A stretch of DNA of 64,000 nucleotides from an uncultured Pseudomonadota bacterium (GCA_902774285.1 CACYHO010000002.1:27023-91022); one strand, 5' to 3'; positions 1-10,126 are shown, counted from the first letter of the stretch. Program-made: numbers and translations. Notes: generated by a model not told the origin, from the sequence alone.

Positions 1-1
1 A

Positions 2-1609
2 CTGAATTTGCAATTCGGAAATGGTCTTAATATTATGACTGGCGAAACTGGTGCCGGTAAAAGTATCTTGCTGGACGCGTTGTCGTTGGCACTTGGTGCG
101 CGTAGCGATACCGGTTTAATTCGTAGTGGTTGTGATATGGCGGCCGTCACTGCAGAATTTGATTTTATAAACAATAAAACCCGTGCAATATTGGACGAAA
201 ATGGAATTGATTATAACGACGGTTTGATATTGCGTCGTACACTTTCAACAGATGGCAAAAGCAGGGCGTGGGTTAATGATATTCCTGTATCTGTTAAAGT
301 ATTAAAGCAAATTGGCGATAAAATTATAGAAATTCACGGACAATTTGAAAATCATTCTTTGTTAGATGCGACTACGCATATAACATCGTTAGATGAATAC
401 GCAAAATTAAACAATTCTGAGTTTGATACTGTTTTATCACAAACAAAAGCTGCATATAATGATTTACATGAATCACAAAAACGATTAAAACAATTGGCAG
501 AATTATTAGAAAAATCAGAAAGCGAACGCGATTTCTTGGAACACAATGTTAATGAATTGCGTAATTTAAATCCGCAAATCGGTGAAGAAGAAGAATTATC
601 AACAACACGTGCCAAGATGATGGACGCAGAAAAGAATGCTGGTATTTTAAATGACGCACTGGAATCATTGAAACCAAACGGTAATTCTTTGGAAGAACAA
701 ATTTGTTCTGTGGCGCATATATTGGAACGCATAAAAACAGATCCAAATCCATATTCAGAACAAATTGATAAATTGTATGATGCCGCATCAACAGTTGCAG
801 AAATAAGTGAACAAATTCATCCAGAAAACACAAATATTGAAGATATCGATTCAATAGAAGAAAGATTGTTTGCTATACGCGCTGCCGCCCGTAAACATCG
901 TTGCACCGCCGATGAATTGCCAGACAAATTGATTGAAATGAAAAATCAATTAAACGCAATTGATAATTCCGATGCAGAATTACAAAAATGCAAAAGCGAT
1001 GTCGATAAATATACCAAAGTATTTAATGAGTATGCGACCAAACTATCAGATTTGCGTAAAAATGCCGCTGATAATTTAAGAAAACAAATATTAAAAGAAT
1101 TGCCAGATTTGAAATTAGGTTCTGCAGACTTTAATGTCGATATTCAAAAATGCGAACCAACAAATAACGGCACAGACATCGTTATATTTATGATAAAAAC
1201 AAATCCTGGCACACCTTTTGCCCCATTACACAAAATCGCGTCTGGGGGCGAATTATCACGCTTTATGTTAGCGTTGCGCGTGACACTTAACAATCCAAAC
1301 AACAAAAAGACGATTGTATTTGATGAATTAGATACTGGAATAAGTGGTGCAACCGCATCTGCTGTGGGCGAAAGATTGAATAAATTGGCGCAAAACGAAC
1401 AATTATTAGTTATAACTCATTCTGCCCAGGTTGCAGGGTATGCCGATAAACACTTTAAAATTTCAAAACACAGCGATAAAGATACAACTATAACCAATGT
1501 AGATGAAATAACTGGCGATGACAGAATAAACGAAATTGCACGTATAATAAGTGGTGCAACAATAACCGAAGAATCAATAGCCACTGCAAAAACATTGATT
1601 AAAAATTAA
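2..1609 (+). CDS. recN: DNA repair protein RecN, N-terminus cut by the window edge
   Basis: Walker A GETGAGKS near the start, a long coiled-coil middle, the SMC-type signature ASGGELSRFMLAL and Walker B IVFDELDTGISG. The frame stays open back to base 2. Confidence 0.9.
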   Translation: MNLQFGNGLNIMTGETGAGKSILLDALSLALGARSDTGLIRSGCDMAAVTAEFDFINNKTRAILDENGIDYNDGLILRRTLSTDGKSRAWVNDIPVSVKVLKQIGDKIIEIHGQFENHSLLDATTHITSLDEYAKLNNSEFDTVLSQTKAAYNDLHESQKRLKQLAELLEKSESERDFLEHNVNELRNLNPQIGEEEELSTTRAKMMDAEKNAGILNDALESLKPNGNSLEEQICSVAHILERIKTDPNPYSEQIDKLYDAASTVAEISEQIHPENTNIEDIDSIEERLFAIRAAARKHRCTADELPDKLIEMKNQLNAIDNSDAELQKCKSDVDKYTKVFNEYATKLSDLRKNAADNLRKQILKELPDLKLGSADFNVDIQKCEPTNNGTDIVIFMIKTNPGTPFAPLHKIASGGELSRFMLALRVTLNNPNNKKTIVFDELDTGISGATASAVGERLNKLAQNEQLLVITHSAQVAGYADKHFKISKHSDKDTTITNVDEITGDDRINEIARIISGATITEESIATAKTLIKN

Positions 1610-1991
1610 AAGTTCCTTGTTGTTTTTGCAATCTAAATTCACATATATGTAAACCAAGTTTATTATTCAACCAATCTGCCGCAATATGCCGATGACAGAA
1701 TTTTTCTGGTGTTTCATAGCATAAAAGAACAACGTCTTGCCCAATATTTTGTAAATCTTGTAATACTTGTGTTGGATCAAGTTGGTTCAAAACTGTTTCA
1801 TAATATTTTTCAACAAACCAATCATTTGACATATGTTCATCATGCCATTGTTTCCACCAGTTGTATTTAGGTGCCAGTTGTTGATATCGTGCACCATTAA
1901 AACCATCTGGAATTTTACCAGAAATACCAACTGGTATCAAACCGTTGGCTTCATATTCTTTAACTTTTGACCAATAGCCTGTATATATCAT
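1599..1991 (-). CDS. DUF488-like small protein
   Basis: 130 aa with an MIYTGYW start and a C-terminal LLCYE..EKFCHRHIAADWL motif typical of the DUF488 family. It overlaps both neighbours by a few nt. Confidence 0.5.
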   Translation of the reverse strand: MIYTGYWSKVKEYEANGLIPVGISGKIPDGFNGARYQQLAPKYNWWKQWHDEHMSNDWFVEKYYETVLNQLDPTQVLQDLQNIGQDVVLLCYETPEKFCHRHIAADWLNNKLGLHICEFRLQKQQGTFNF

Positions 1992-3220
1992 AACTTTAAT
2001 ATTCCATCAGCGAATTCAATAGAAGATGGTGTTGCAGAAGATGTGCTTATTATTTTATTATCGCCGTCACGCACAATCGCATAACCGCGTTGCAGAACAT
2101 TTTTATAAGATAATGAATTTAACATTTGTCCCATATGATTTATTGATTGATTTAAACTGGTCAATCTGTTTGATAAAATCATCGGGAAACGTGACATTAA
2201 TTCGATTCTTTGGTGCACATATTGTAATTTCTTATCAATAACTATATTCATAGTGCGCGCCAAATCGTCTAATCTTTGCGATTGTTCCATTAAAACCTGT
2301 TTTGGACTTTTTATATTTATTGCCGATAAATCGCGTTTCAATGCGATAATTTGATTTGTTAACGCAGTATTCAATCTATGTGACAAATTATCCAATTCTT
2401 GAATCAAAGATATTTTTGTTGGCACAACCATTTCTGCTGCACCGGTCGGGGTTGGTGCACGAACGTCGGCCGCAAAATCAATTAACATCCAATCCGGTTC
2501 GTGACCAACACCTGAAATCAATGGTATATTACTTGCCGCCGCTGCGCGCACGACAATTTCTTCACTAAAAGGTAACAAATCTTCCAGCGCCCCACCACCA
2601 CGTGCGACAATAATAACATCAACATTATTCATTTTATTAAAATATTCAATACCAGCAGCAACTTCTGAGGCGGCAGTTGTGCCTTGAACAGTGGCAGGAT
2701 ACAACAATACTTTTACAGGAAATCTTTCGCGTAATCTGTTTTGAATATCTTGAAAGGCAGCACCTGTGGGACTTGTCACAACACCTATAGTTTGTGGAAA
2801 ACGTGGCAACGTTTTTTTACGAGACGCATCAAATAAACCTTCGGCAGCAAGTTTGCGTTTGCGTTCTTCCAACATTTTAAGGATTGCGCCAACACCAGCC
2901 ATTTCAATGGAATTAATAACAATTTGATAGTTGCTGCGCGCTGGATAGGTTGTAAAACGTCCAGTAACTATTACTTCCATACCTTCTTCCAGTTTAAAGT
3001 TAACCGGTGTACCACGCCAAATAATTGCATTTATTGCTGCATTTGTATCTTTGATTGTCATATACAAATGGCCAGAAGACGCATGTGTTATTTGTGACAA
3101 TTCACCACGAATACGAATTTCAGGGAAAGCTGTTTCTACAACATTTTTAAGCAAAGCTGAAGCATCGCTGACGCTGAATATCATATCTGGTTTAACAAAC
3201 GGTTCTGGTTTTGGTAACAA
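1988..3220 (-). CDS. xseA: Exodeoxyribonuclease VII large subunit
   Basis: 410 aa. N-terminal OB-fold segment IRIRGELSQITHASSGHLYMTIKD..INAIIWRG, a catalytic core with GVVTSPTGAA and ARGGGALEDL, and a C-terminal coiled coil. Confidence 0.9.
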   Translation of the reverse strand: MLPKPEPFVKPDMIFSVSDASALLKNVVETAFPEIRIRGELSQITHASSGHLYMTIKDTNAAINAIIWRGTPVNFKLEEGMEVIVTGRFTTYPARSNYQIVINSIEMAGVGAILKMLEERKRKLAAEGLFDASRKKTLPRFPQTIGVVTSPTGAAFQDIQNRLRERFPVKVLLYPATVQGTTAASEVAAGIEYFNKMNNVDVIIVARGGGALEDLLPFSEEIVVRAAAASNIPLISGVGHEPDWMLIDFAADVRAPTPTGAAEMVVPTKISLIQELDNLSHRLNTALTNQIIALKRDLSAINIKSPKQVLMEQSQRLDDLARTMNIVIDKKLQYVHQRIELMSRFPMILSNRLTSLNQSINHMGQMLNSLSYKNVLQRGYAIVRDGDNKIISTSSATPSSIEFADGILKL

Positions 3221-3221
3221 T

Positions 3222-3728
3222 CTATTTTCCCTTGGTTTCTGTAATAGCCTTCATAAGATCAACACCAACACTTTTAGCAAAAACATTCGTTTCGTCATTC
3301 AAAAAAGATCCAGGCTTAACAACTTCGCCTGCCTTGTATGGAACCTGTGAAAGAAATTGATCATAAGTTAAATCCAAAATTTTTCCGGTTTCCTTGTGTC
3401 TTAAATAATGATGTGAATAATACCATTGACCTTTATCTTTATCTACGGCCATTAAATCCCAATCATGAAAATCCATAAGCATCATAAAACTTATGCTTGC
3501 TACACGACAGAATCCCGCAGAATCATATCCTAAATCCCAAACATTATCTTTGTGATTAGCCAAAGCGGTTGCTTTTTTTACTTCTTCTTTGGTAAACGCT
3601 TCACGAAATAATTTAACAAAATGTATGGCTTTGTCGTGCTTTTCAGGAGACAAATTCAATGCGTCTATTTGCGCTAACAGTTTTTGCGTTGCTTTTTTAT
3701 ATAAAACAGGGTCTTTTTTTAATCTCAT
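3222..3728 (-). CDS. Hypothetical protein, 168 aa
   Basis: Clean ORF packed tightly upstream of xseA. No motif recognised. Confidence 0.5.
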   Translation of the reverse strand: MRLKKDPVLYKKATQKLLAQIDALNLSPEKHDKAIHFVKLFREAFTKEEVKKATALANHKDNVWDLGYDSAGFCRVASISFMMLMDFHDWDLMAVDKDKGQWYYSHHYLRHKETGKILDLTYDQFLSQVPYKAGEVVKPGSFLNDETNVFAKSVGVDLMKAITETKGK

Positions 3729-3782
3729 AATGATGAATTATACAACAAAAAACCCTGAAAATCAATTCAGAGTTACAAATAT

Positions 3783-4907
3783 TTACAATTCTGTCAGTGG
3801 CCAACGAGGGCGGGGTGCAATTGGTTTTGAAACAATATTGCCAACACGATAATTTTCCAATCCTGCCCATGCAATCATTGCGCCATTATCTGTACACAAA
3901 TTCATTGGAGGCGCAGCAAACAACATATTTGATTTATGTGCCAAATCTTCCATAGCAGCACGCACGGCACTGTTTTTAGCAACACCACCAGCAACAACCA
4001 TTGTCTTTGGCGCAGCGTTTACAACACGATTATCATGCAAAGCGTTATGTAATCTGTTGGTTATACAATCAACGACCGCTTTTTGGAAAGACGCACAGAA
4101 ATCATTTATAAATTGTTCATCAATATCTGATTGAGGTGTTTTATCCAATAACATACGCGCCGCAGTTTTTATCCCAGAAAATGAGAAATCACATCCTGGT
4201 TTGTCGCATAATGGACGCGGAAAATGGAAACGATTTGAATTGCCCAATTGTGCACGTTTATCAACAATAGGGCCGCCAGGATAACCAAGTCCCAACATTT
4301 TTGAAATTTTATCAAATGCTTCACCAGCGCTGTCATCTAAAGTTTGTCCGATTAATTCATATTTTCCAACATTATGGACCAATAATATCTGACAATGCCC
4401 GCCTGATGCCAACATTAGCAAATAAGGGAATTTTACGTCTATATTTGTTGCAGAATCAGTCGCAGAAGCAGCCTTAAGGCGCGGCACTAATGCGTGTCCT
4501 TCTAAATGATTAACCGCAATCAAAGGTTTGTTTGTAGCGTTTGCAATTCCTGTCGCAGCCATCCATCCGACCAAAACACCGCCGATTAACCCCGGACCTG
4601 CTGTTGCAGCGACAACGTCAATATCATCAATAGTTTTATTTGCGCGTTCCAAAGTCAATTTTATTACTTCGTCTATTGCCAATATATGCGCACGCGCAGC
4701 AAGTTCTGGAACAACACCACCATATTTTTGATGTTCTGGAATTTGGGAATAAATAATATGGGATAAAATATTTCTGTCACTGTCCACAATTGCAGCACTG
4801 GTTTCATCGCACGAAGATTCTATACCCAAACACAAAGTAGGCCTTGCAGAAGATTCATGTTCGTTGCTTGCACCCATATCAGTTATAATAAGTTTTTCTT
4901 CATTCAT
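3783..4907 (-). CDS. tsaD: tRNA N6-adenosine threonylcarbamoyltransferase TsaD
   Basis: GIESSCDETSAAIV, AVNHLEGHAL and GGVAKN motifs of the Kae1/Gcp/TsaD family. Confidence 0.92.
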   Translation of the reverse strand: MNEEKLIITDMGASNEHESSARPTLCLGIESSCDETSAAIVDSDRNILSHIIYSQIPEHQKYGGVVPELAARAHILAIDEVIKLTLERANKTIDDIDVVAATAGPGLIGGVLVGWMAATGIANATNKPLIAVNHLEGHALVPRLKAASATDSATNIDVKFPYLLMLASGGHCQILLVHNVGKYELIGQTLDDSAGEAFDKISKMLGLGYPGGPIVDKRAQLGNSNRFHFPRPLCDKPGCDFSFSGIKTAARMLLDKTPQSDIDEQFINDFCASFQKAVVDCITNRLHNALHDNRVVNAAPKTMVVAGGVAKNSAVRAAMEDLAHKSNMLFAAPPMNLCTDNGAMIAWAGLENYRVGNIVSKPIAPRPRWPLTEL

Positions 4908-5602
4908 TTTATTTTTACCAATGCTATTCCAATGTTGTGTTTATTTCTTTTATGTTCGTTTATATATGTTTCAAAGTCAACATCTATAACACGTCCATAT
5001 TGTCTTGATGCATGCCGTAATATATTTCCCGGCAACAGAAAGCCCATATGAACGACAGCTAAATCCGTTCCGATTTTATCATAAAAACCGGTACCGTCAT
5101 GTATAAATAACACAATTAATGGCGATTGTATATCTATTTTTGATAAATTTTCATATGGGATGTATTCTATATCCACACTTTGTTTTTGAAAATCAGTATC
5201 AATTTTGTATTTTTTCTTGAACCAAGATTTTTTATAAATAACGACATGCCGTATTGAAGTATTGCCGTACAAACTGCTTATATTTTCAAAATTGTTGTTT
5301 GGCAACCAATCTGATTCAATAAAATGATTGCGATTTATAACATTAACTTTGCCATCTTTGTATCTGATTTTAGTTAATTTTTCTTTATTATCATCAGCCA
5401 ATACAGTTTCAACAAAAGTGGTGCAATCAAACGCATCAAATCGAATTAACGGATCGTCATCAGGCAATTTTTCTTCACCTAGTGGATTTATTTGATATTT
5501 TGCGCCCAAATATTTTGCGCCCAAATCAGCAGATATAGTTGTTGAACAACCAGTTAATAACAATAATAACACAAATAATTTATTCTTCGTCTGTTGAAGC
5601 AT
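4904..5602 (-). CDS. Lipoprotein with a DUF1460 (amidase-like) domain
   Basis: Lipobox LLLLTGCS, then GAKY..NPLGE...FDAFDCTTFVETVLA, which matches my recollection of the DUF1460 signature. Confidence 0.55.
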   Translation of the reverse strand: MLQQTKNKLFVLLLLLTGCSTTISADLGAKYLGAKYQINPLGEEKLPDDDPLIRFDAFDCTTFVETVLADDNKEKLTKIRYKDGKVNVINRNHFIESDWLPNNNFENISSLYGNTSIRHVVIYKKSWFKKKYKIDTDFQKQSVDIEYIPYENLSKIDIQSPLIVLFIHDGTGFYDKIGTDLAVVHMGFLLPGNILRHASRQYGRVIDVDFETYINEHKRNKHNIGIALVKIK

Positions 5603-5912
5603 TCATTTGTATCCCACTGTGACAAATAACAGTTGCATCTTTTATCAGCATTTCATTTGAATTAGGCAAACCGGCAATTTTATTAACACATTGCAGCAAT
5701 AATTCTTGGTCTGAGACGTTTGGTATAATACGTTGAAGTGTAGACACACGTTGTTCTTGTGTTAAATCTTGCCATTTTCTAAGATTTGCATTTTCAAAAG
5801 TATGAGTTGGATGAAAAAGTATCCCACACACGACAAACACCAGTAATACACCGAATACAATAGACGCTTTGAAAAAAAGTTTGATTTTTTGTAATTTTGT
5901 TTTTTTAGTCAT
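5580..5912 (-). CDS. Small membrane-anchored hypothetical protein
   Basis: 110 aa with one N-terminal hydrophobic helix, IVFGVLLVFVVCGILF. Co-directional and overlaps the downstream gene. Confidence 0.45.
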   Translation of the reverse strand: MTKKTKLQKIKLFFKASIVFGVLLVFVVCGILFHPTHTFENANLRKWQDLTQEQRVSTLQRIIPNVSDQELLLQCVNKIAGLPNSNEMLIKDATVICHSGIQMNASTDEE

Positions 5913-5915
5913 TGT

Positions 5916-6275
5916 TTACTCACATTTTTCAAGCCATACATCATAAGTATCATTTTGTAATGGATTTTGACCTGGTTCATTACGATTCATCCAACCACTA
6001 AAAATACGTCCATCTGTTTTTGTATATATTTCAAGAAACACGAAAAAGTTTTCCGCATCAAAAGGATCTGTTTGTTTACAGTTTTTGATTGTAAGCGTTA
6101 AACCATCATGTTGTATTGTGTTGCCAACCTTGCCAGAAACAACCTGCGTTTTTCCGGCAGCTTTGTTCATCACGCGCAACACAGCAGTATCTTTTTCAAC
6201 ATATGCAAAAGCAGGGGTATTTGATAATAAAAACAGGGGGGCAAAAACAAAACATAAATATTTTATGAAATGCAT
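5916..6275 (-). CDS. DUF2155 domain protein (secreted)
   Basis: Signal peptide, then VLRVMNKAAGKTQ...LTIKNCKQTDPFD..FFVFLEI...SGWM...YDVWLEKC. This is the pattern of the alphaproteobacterial DUF2155 family. Confidence 0.6.
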   Translation of the reverse strand: MHFIKYLCFVFAPLFLLSNTPAFAYVEKDTAVLRVMNKAAGKTQVVSGKVGNTIQHDGLTLTIKNCKQTDPFDAENFFVFLEIYTKTDGRIFSGWMNRNEPGQNPLQNDTYDVWLEKCE

Positions 6276-6309
6276 TTGTAGACCCCCTTTGATTTATTTA
6301 AAGTAAAGA

Positions 6310-6699
6310 TTAGTCTTCGCTGTCTTTTTTAGCATTAGCGGACAAATCTTCAACAATACGAGCTTTCTTGCCAGACAAACCACGCAAGAAGAATAATTTC
6401 GAACGACGGACTTTACCGACGCGAACTTTTTCAATCTTTTCGATTGCTGGGCTGTATAATGGGAATTTACGTTCTACACCAACGCCGTAAGATTCACGAC
6501 GTACTGTGAAAGAAGCGTTGTTTCCGTTTCCGCCATCACGTGCGATAACCACACCTTCAAACATTTGGATACGGAATTTATCACCATCTTTAATTTTAAC
6601 ATGAACTTTCACTGTATCACCAGCTTTGAATTCTGGGATAACTTTGTTGCCTTTTAATTTTGCAACTTGTTCTTGTTCAATTTTTTTAATAATGCTCAT
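6310..6699 (-). CDS. rplS: 50S ribosomal protein L19
   Basis: [33 protein letters not shown]...[20 protein letters not shown] is canonical L19. Confidence 0.95.
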   Translation of the reverse strand: MSIIKKIEQEQVAKLKGNKVIPEFKAGDTVKVHVKIKDGDKFRIQMFEGVVIARDGGNGNNASFTVRRESYGVGVERKFPLYSPAIEKIEKVRVGKVRRSKLFFLRGLSGKKARIVEDLSANAKKDSED

Positions 6700-6700
6700 T

Positions 6701-7375
6701 TTAGTTTTCCTTTATTAAATCCGGACGACGTTCTGTTGTTATTTCGTCCGATTGTTGTTTCCGCCACCGTTCGATATTGCCATGGTGACCGGACAGCAGG
6801 ACTTCTGGGACTTTATGTCCACGCCATACTGACGGACGGGTGTATAATGGCCATTCAAGCCCGCCGATTTCGAAACTTTCATTTTGGACGGCTTCATCGC
6901 CGCCACCCAATACATTATCTAACACGCGAACGCAACTGTCAACTAAAACTTGTGCTGCAATTTCACCACCAGATAACACATAATCGCCAATAGATAATTC
7001 TTCGATATCATATTCGTCGATAACCCGTTGATCAATACCTTCATACCGACCACAGAGCAGGGTTATTGTATCATATTTTGCATATTCATGCACTAATTTT
7101 TGATTCAAAGTTTTTCCACGTGGTGAAAAGAATATAATTTTGCCTGGTTTTTCAATAGAATCCAAGGCATTTCCCAGCACATCTGGGCGCATTACCATAC
7201 CAGCACCACCGCCAAATTGTTCGTCATCTACACTGCCGTAATTATTGATAGCAAAATCGCGAATATTTATTGCTTTATAAGACCATATACCTTTGTCCAA
7301 AGCACGTCCGACAACCCCTTTGTCAAGGGTTCCCGGGAACATTTCTGGAAAAACGGTCAGTATATTAAAGTGCAT
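6701..7375 (-). CDS. trmD: tRNA (guanine37-N1)-methyltransferase
   Basis: [28 protein letters not shown] and [11 protein letters not shown] motifs. Confidence 0.95.
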   Translation of the reverse strand: MHFNILTVFPEMFPGTLDKGVVGRALDKGIWSYKAINIRDFAINNYGSVDDEQFGGGAGMVMRPDVLGNALDSIEKPGKIIFFSPRGKTLNQKLVHEYAKYDTITLLCGRYEGIDQRVIDEYDIEELSIGDYVLSGGEIAAQVLVDSCVRVLDNVLGGGDEAVQNESFEIGGLEWPLYTRPSVWRGHKVPEVLLSGHHGNIERWRKQQSDEITTERRPDLIKEN

Positions 7376-7567
7376 TTATCTTTGCCCTTTTTTACAAAAT
7401 TCGCACACTTCGTTTAATACAGATGGCAAATCAACATAATAAGCCCTTGGAGAAAAACTTACACCAATCAGAGCCTTTTTAACAGCCATTTTACGACAAT
7501 TATAATCTTTATTTGTCTCTAATGGGCAACCAGGATTCATATTAGGTTTTTCATCTATAAACGCCAT
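7376..7567 (-). CDS. Small four-cysteine protein, 63 aa, hypothetical
   Basis: It abuts the trmD start with no gap. Cys at C14, C24 and a C55..C58 pair (CEFC) suggests a small zinc-ribbon-like protein. Confidence 0.4.
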   Translation of the reverse strand: MAFIDEKPNMNPGCPLETNKDYNCRKMAVKKALIGVSFSPRAYYVDLPSVLNEVCEFCKKGQR

Positions 7568-7568
7568 G

Positions 7569-7958
7569 TTAAAACATCCTTAATTTTGTGTTTTTTCCAA
7601 TATTATTTAACGCTTGTTTTATTTTTTCGACAAACCCTGTTTTTATTACCGGTTGATCAAGCAATTCCAAGTAATCATCTAATTCTTTATACGGAACATC
7701 AGCACGATATAATCTTGGCATGCTGTGAATCAATTTATGTAAAGCTTGACGTATATCATCTAATTTCCACAAAGGCACATTATCACGATACAAGAATAGG
7801 GCTTTGTTTAGTTCAAGAACGGCTTTTTGCACATTATTATATATTGTTGTATCGCCATTTGCTTGGAAAACATGCATCAGTTTTTCAACCCCCACAAATA
7901 CTGGTATAACAAGTTCTTTTACATGGTTCTGTTGTTCTTTGTTCAATACTTTTGTCAT
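7569..7958 (-). CDS. Hypothetical protein, 129 aa
   Basis: Clean ORF 12 nt downstream of rimM and 1 nt upstream of the next ORF. No motif recognised. Confidence 0.45.
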   Translation of the reverse strand: MTKVLNKEQQNHVKELVIPVFVGVEKLMHVFQANGDTTIYNNVQKAVLELNKALFLYRDNVPLWKLDDIRQALHKLIHSMPRLYRADVPYKELDDYLELLDQPVIKTGFVEKIKQALNNIGKNTKLRMF

Positions 7959-7970
7959 TTTATATCACAC

Positions 7971-8444
7971 TTATCTGACAATAATTTGTTTATTTATCAT
8001 GTCAACACTTGCATCTTTAAAAGAAACCATCTCTCCGTTATCCAATTCAATAATATCGCCGCCGCCAAAGTTTTGAAAACAATCGACGACGCCTATCTTT
8101 ATTCCCCCGCGAATAACATCAAAACCAATTAAATCTGATTGATAATATTCGTTTTCTTTTAATTTTGGTAAATCATCACGTGAAATAAATAATTCGGTTC
8201 CACGTAATGTTTCAACAGTATTACGGTCATTTATACCGTCTATTTTTGCAATTATAATATTTTGTTTTAAAACACGAACAAACTGAAACTGTTCAGGTTC
8301 GCATTTGTCGCAAATAATATGGAATTTTTTAAAATCATTTGGCGTTTCTGCAAAAGATTGCACACGAAATTCTCCACGAATTCCCTGTGGTGCAACTATT
8401 TTTCCAACCAAGATTTTATTTTCTTTGTTCATACATAAAACCAT
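7971..8444 (-). CDS. rimM: 16S rRNA processing protein RimM
   Basis: VGKIVAPQGIRGEFRV N-terminal barrel, a C-terminal PRC-barrel-like half, and a position between rpsP and trmD. The true start may be the MNKEN Met at 8432. Confidence 0.9.
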   Translation of the reverse strand: MVLCMNKENKILVGKIVAPQGIRGEFRVQSFAETPNDFKKFHIICDKCEPEQFQFVRVLKQNIIIAKIDGINDRNTVETLRGTELFISRDDLPKLKENEYYQSDLIGFDVIRGGIKIGVVDCFQNFGGGDIIELDNGEMVSFKDASVDMINKQIIVR

Positions 8445-8480
8445 ACTTGGCGGTCGCCCGCCAAGTATTCAAGCAAAATA

Positions 8481-8969
8481 TTATTCGGCAACAGCTTCTG
8501 TTGCAGCAGTTTCTTCCGCTGGTGTTTCAGCAGGTGTTTCTTCTGCAACTGGTGCAGATTCTTCTGCTGGTGCTTCTGCGGCTGCTTTAGCAGCGGCTTC
8601 AGCGGCAGCTTTTTCTTCTGCGATTTTAGCCAATTTATCGGCTTTATCTTTAGCCTTCATTTGAGTTTTTTCAGAAGGTTGATTCTTTTTTGTTTGTGTT
8701 GGAATTGGTTTTGCAGCAACCAAACCTGCATTTACCAAGAATTTGTAAACGCGGTCAGATGGTTTTGCACCCTTGGCCATCCAAGATTTAACTTTTTCAA
8801 TATCCAAAACAACGCGTTTTGTATCGTCTTTTGCCAACATTGGGTTGTATTTACCAACTGTTTCCAAAATTGCCCCAGAATTACGTGCGTTACGAGAATC
8901 TGTAACAACTACATGATAATAAGGACGTTTTTTTGCACCATAACGTGCCAATCTGATAACTGTTGCCAT
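8481..8969 (-). CDS. rpsP: 30S ribosomal protein S16 with an Ala/Glu/Lys-rich C-terminal tail
   Basis: MATVIRLARYGAKKRPYYHVVVTDSRNARNSG is canonical S16. About 70 extra low-complexity residues follow. Confidence 0.95.
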   Translation of the reverse strand: MATVIRLARYGAKKRPYYHVVVTDSRNARNSGAILETVGKYNPMLAKDDTKRVVLDIEKVKSWMAKGAKPSDRVYKFLVNAGLVAAKPIPTQTKKNQPSEKTQMKAKDKADKLAKIAEEKAAAEAAAKAAAEAPAEESAPVAEETPAETPAEETAATEAVAE

Positions 8970-9119
8970 TTTATTTTGCTCCTTAGTTTTTTGTTATCTT
9001 TGTTATCCCAAAAACCACACGAAAAACTTGCATCAAGAGCGAAACTCGCCGGTTGATGTTCCTTGCGCATACCGCACACAGGGTTACTAGTGATGGCAAT
9101 CTTTGGGATTTGCAGGCTT

Positions 9120-9148
9120 ATTATGTATTAAATTTTATCAAAAGTCAA
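9120..9148 (-). promoter_or_regulatory. Sigma70-like promoter TTGACT-17-CATAAT for the rpsP operon
   Basis: The minus strand reads TTGACT (9148-9143), a 17-nt spacer, then CATAAT (9125-9120). This predicts a 5' UTR of about 140 nt before rpsP. Confidence 0.45.
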
Positions 9149-9162
9149 ATATTTATTGGTTT

Positions 9163-9804
9163 TTACCGAGCATATTGGCAACACTGGTTTTGACAATACT
9201 GCACCTGAGGATTCAAGGTTAAATGTACAGGACGGTATTTAACATTATGGTTATCATCAAATTCTAAAGTAATTTTTATATTGATGCGCACCTTTTGATT
9301 ATAAGCGGGCAGAATTCCGCGTCTGTTGTTACAAATCTTATGTGTTGGTTGCATATTATTTAATTCATAGCCACCGCCTAAAGATTTTGGTTGCATATGA
9401 TCCCATGAAAAAGCCATTTTGTCAGCCTGATTGGTGCGATACTGTTGGATACTGCCAGAATCTATCTTTATTGGTTGACCACATAATTTACAAACAGGGT
9501 AAACATGGTAATCACCCAGAATTTCATAAATCTGTTTAATTTGTTTGCGATTAAAAATATTATTAACATGACTGGTTTTTATTAAATCGGTTAACATCTT
9601 CTTTACTGTTTTTCGAACATCCAAAGCAAGAAAAAACGCACAGCCTTTTGTGGTCTGTGCGTCTATAAGAATCTTTAGTATTCTGTTTAAATGGGATTCA
9701 TCCATCTTGTCCGTTATTTGCTTAATCTCTTTTAGAGTTCCTTTGACTTCGCTGTTGGTCATAAATTCCCCCCTTTGATAATCAAAAACCTTTAACGTAC
9801 ACAT
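9163..9804 (-). CDS. HNH endonuclease domain protein
   Basis: The C-terminal half has CKLCG ... SWDHMQPKSLGG...NMQPTHKICNNRRG, which is a Cys pair plus H-N-H and so an HNH/zinc-finger nuclease layout. Confidence 0.6.
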   Translation of the reverse strand: MCTLKVFDYQRGEFMTNSEVKGTLKEIKQITDKMDESHLNRILKILIDAQTTKGCAFFLALDVRKTVKKMLTDLIKTSHVNNIFNRKQIKQIYEILGDYHVYPVCKLCGQPIKIDSGSIQQYRTNQADKMAFSWDHMQPKSLGGGYELNNMQPTHKICNNRRGILPAYNQKVRINIKITLEFDDNHNVKYRPVHLTLNPQVQYCQNQCCQYAR

Positions 9805-9908
9805 TATTACACAAAAACAGTATTAATTTTATACATAAAATCGATTTTTAACATTAAATCGTCTGGACTTTTTTGGCTAAATATTGTATAATTAATGTCA
9901 CTTACCCA

Positions 9909-9982
9909 GCGGGCATGGTATAATGGTAGAACGAAAGCTTCCCAAGCTTTAGACGAGGGTTCGATTCCCTTTGCCCGCACCA
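9909..9982 (+). tRNA. tRNA-Gly, anticodon CCC, with encoded CCA
   Basis: Hand-folded cloverleaf. Acceptor GCGGGCA/TGCCCGC, anticodon stem AAAGC/GCTTT with loop TTCCCAA, T-arm GAGGG-TTCGATT-CCCTT, 3' ACCA. Confidence 0.85.
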
Positions 9983-9989
9983 AAAATAA

Positions 9990-10018
9990 AGCCGACCCTT
10001 GTGGTCGGATTTGTTTTT
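9990..10018 (+). terminator. Rho-independent terminator after tRNA-Gly
   Basis: Stem CCGACC / GGTCGG with a 5-nt loop, followed by ATTTGTTTTT. Confidence 0.6.
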
Positions 10019-10126
10019 GTGTTGATAAAAAAGTTGAATCGAACCCGATAGAGTTGCGCAAGCAACGAAAGGGTTCGTAAACGAAGTTGAAAGGGGCCCA
10101 CGAGTATAAAAACGAGTGGGAATTAC

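Noticed and set aside
8305-8664. Ala/Ser-rich plus-strand ORFs of 119 and 83 aa.
   Set aside because: They are antisense to the rimM start and to the low-complexity Ala/Glu tail of rpsP, so they are a compositional artefact.
8970-9115. A possible small RNA, such as SRP/4.5S RNA, in the gap upstream of rpsP where ffh-linked elements sometimes sit.
   Set aside because: I could not find the conserved SRP domain IV motif or any other recognisable RNA signature. The region is kept only as a possible long leader.
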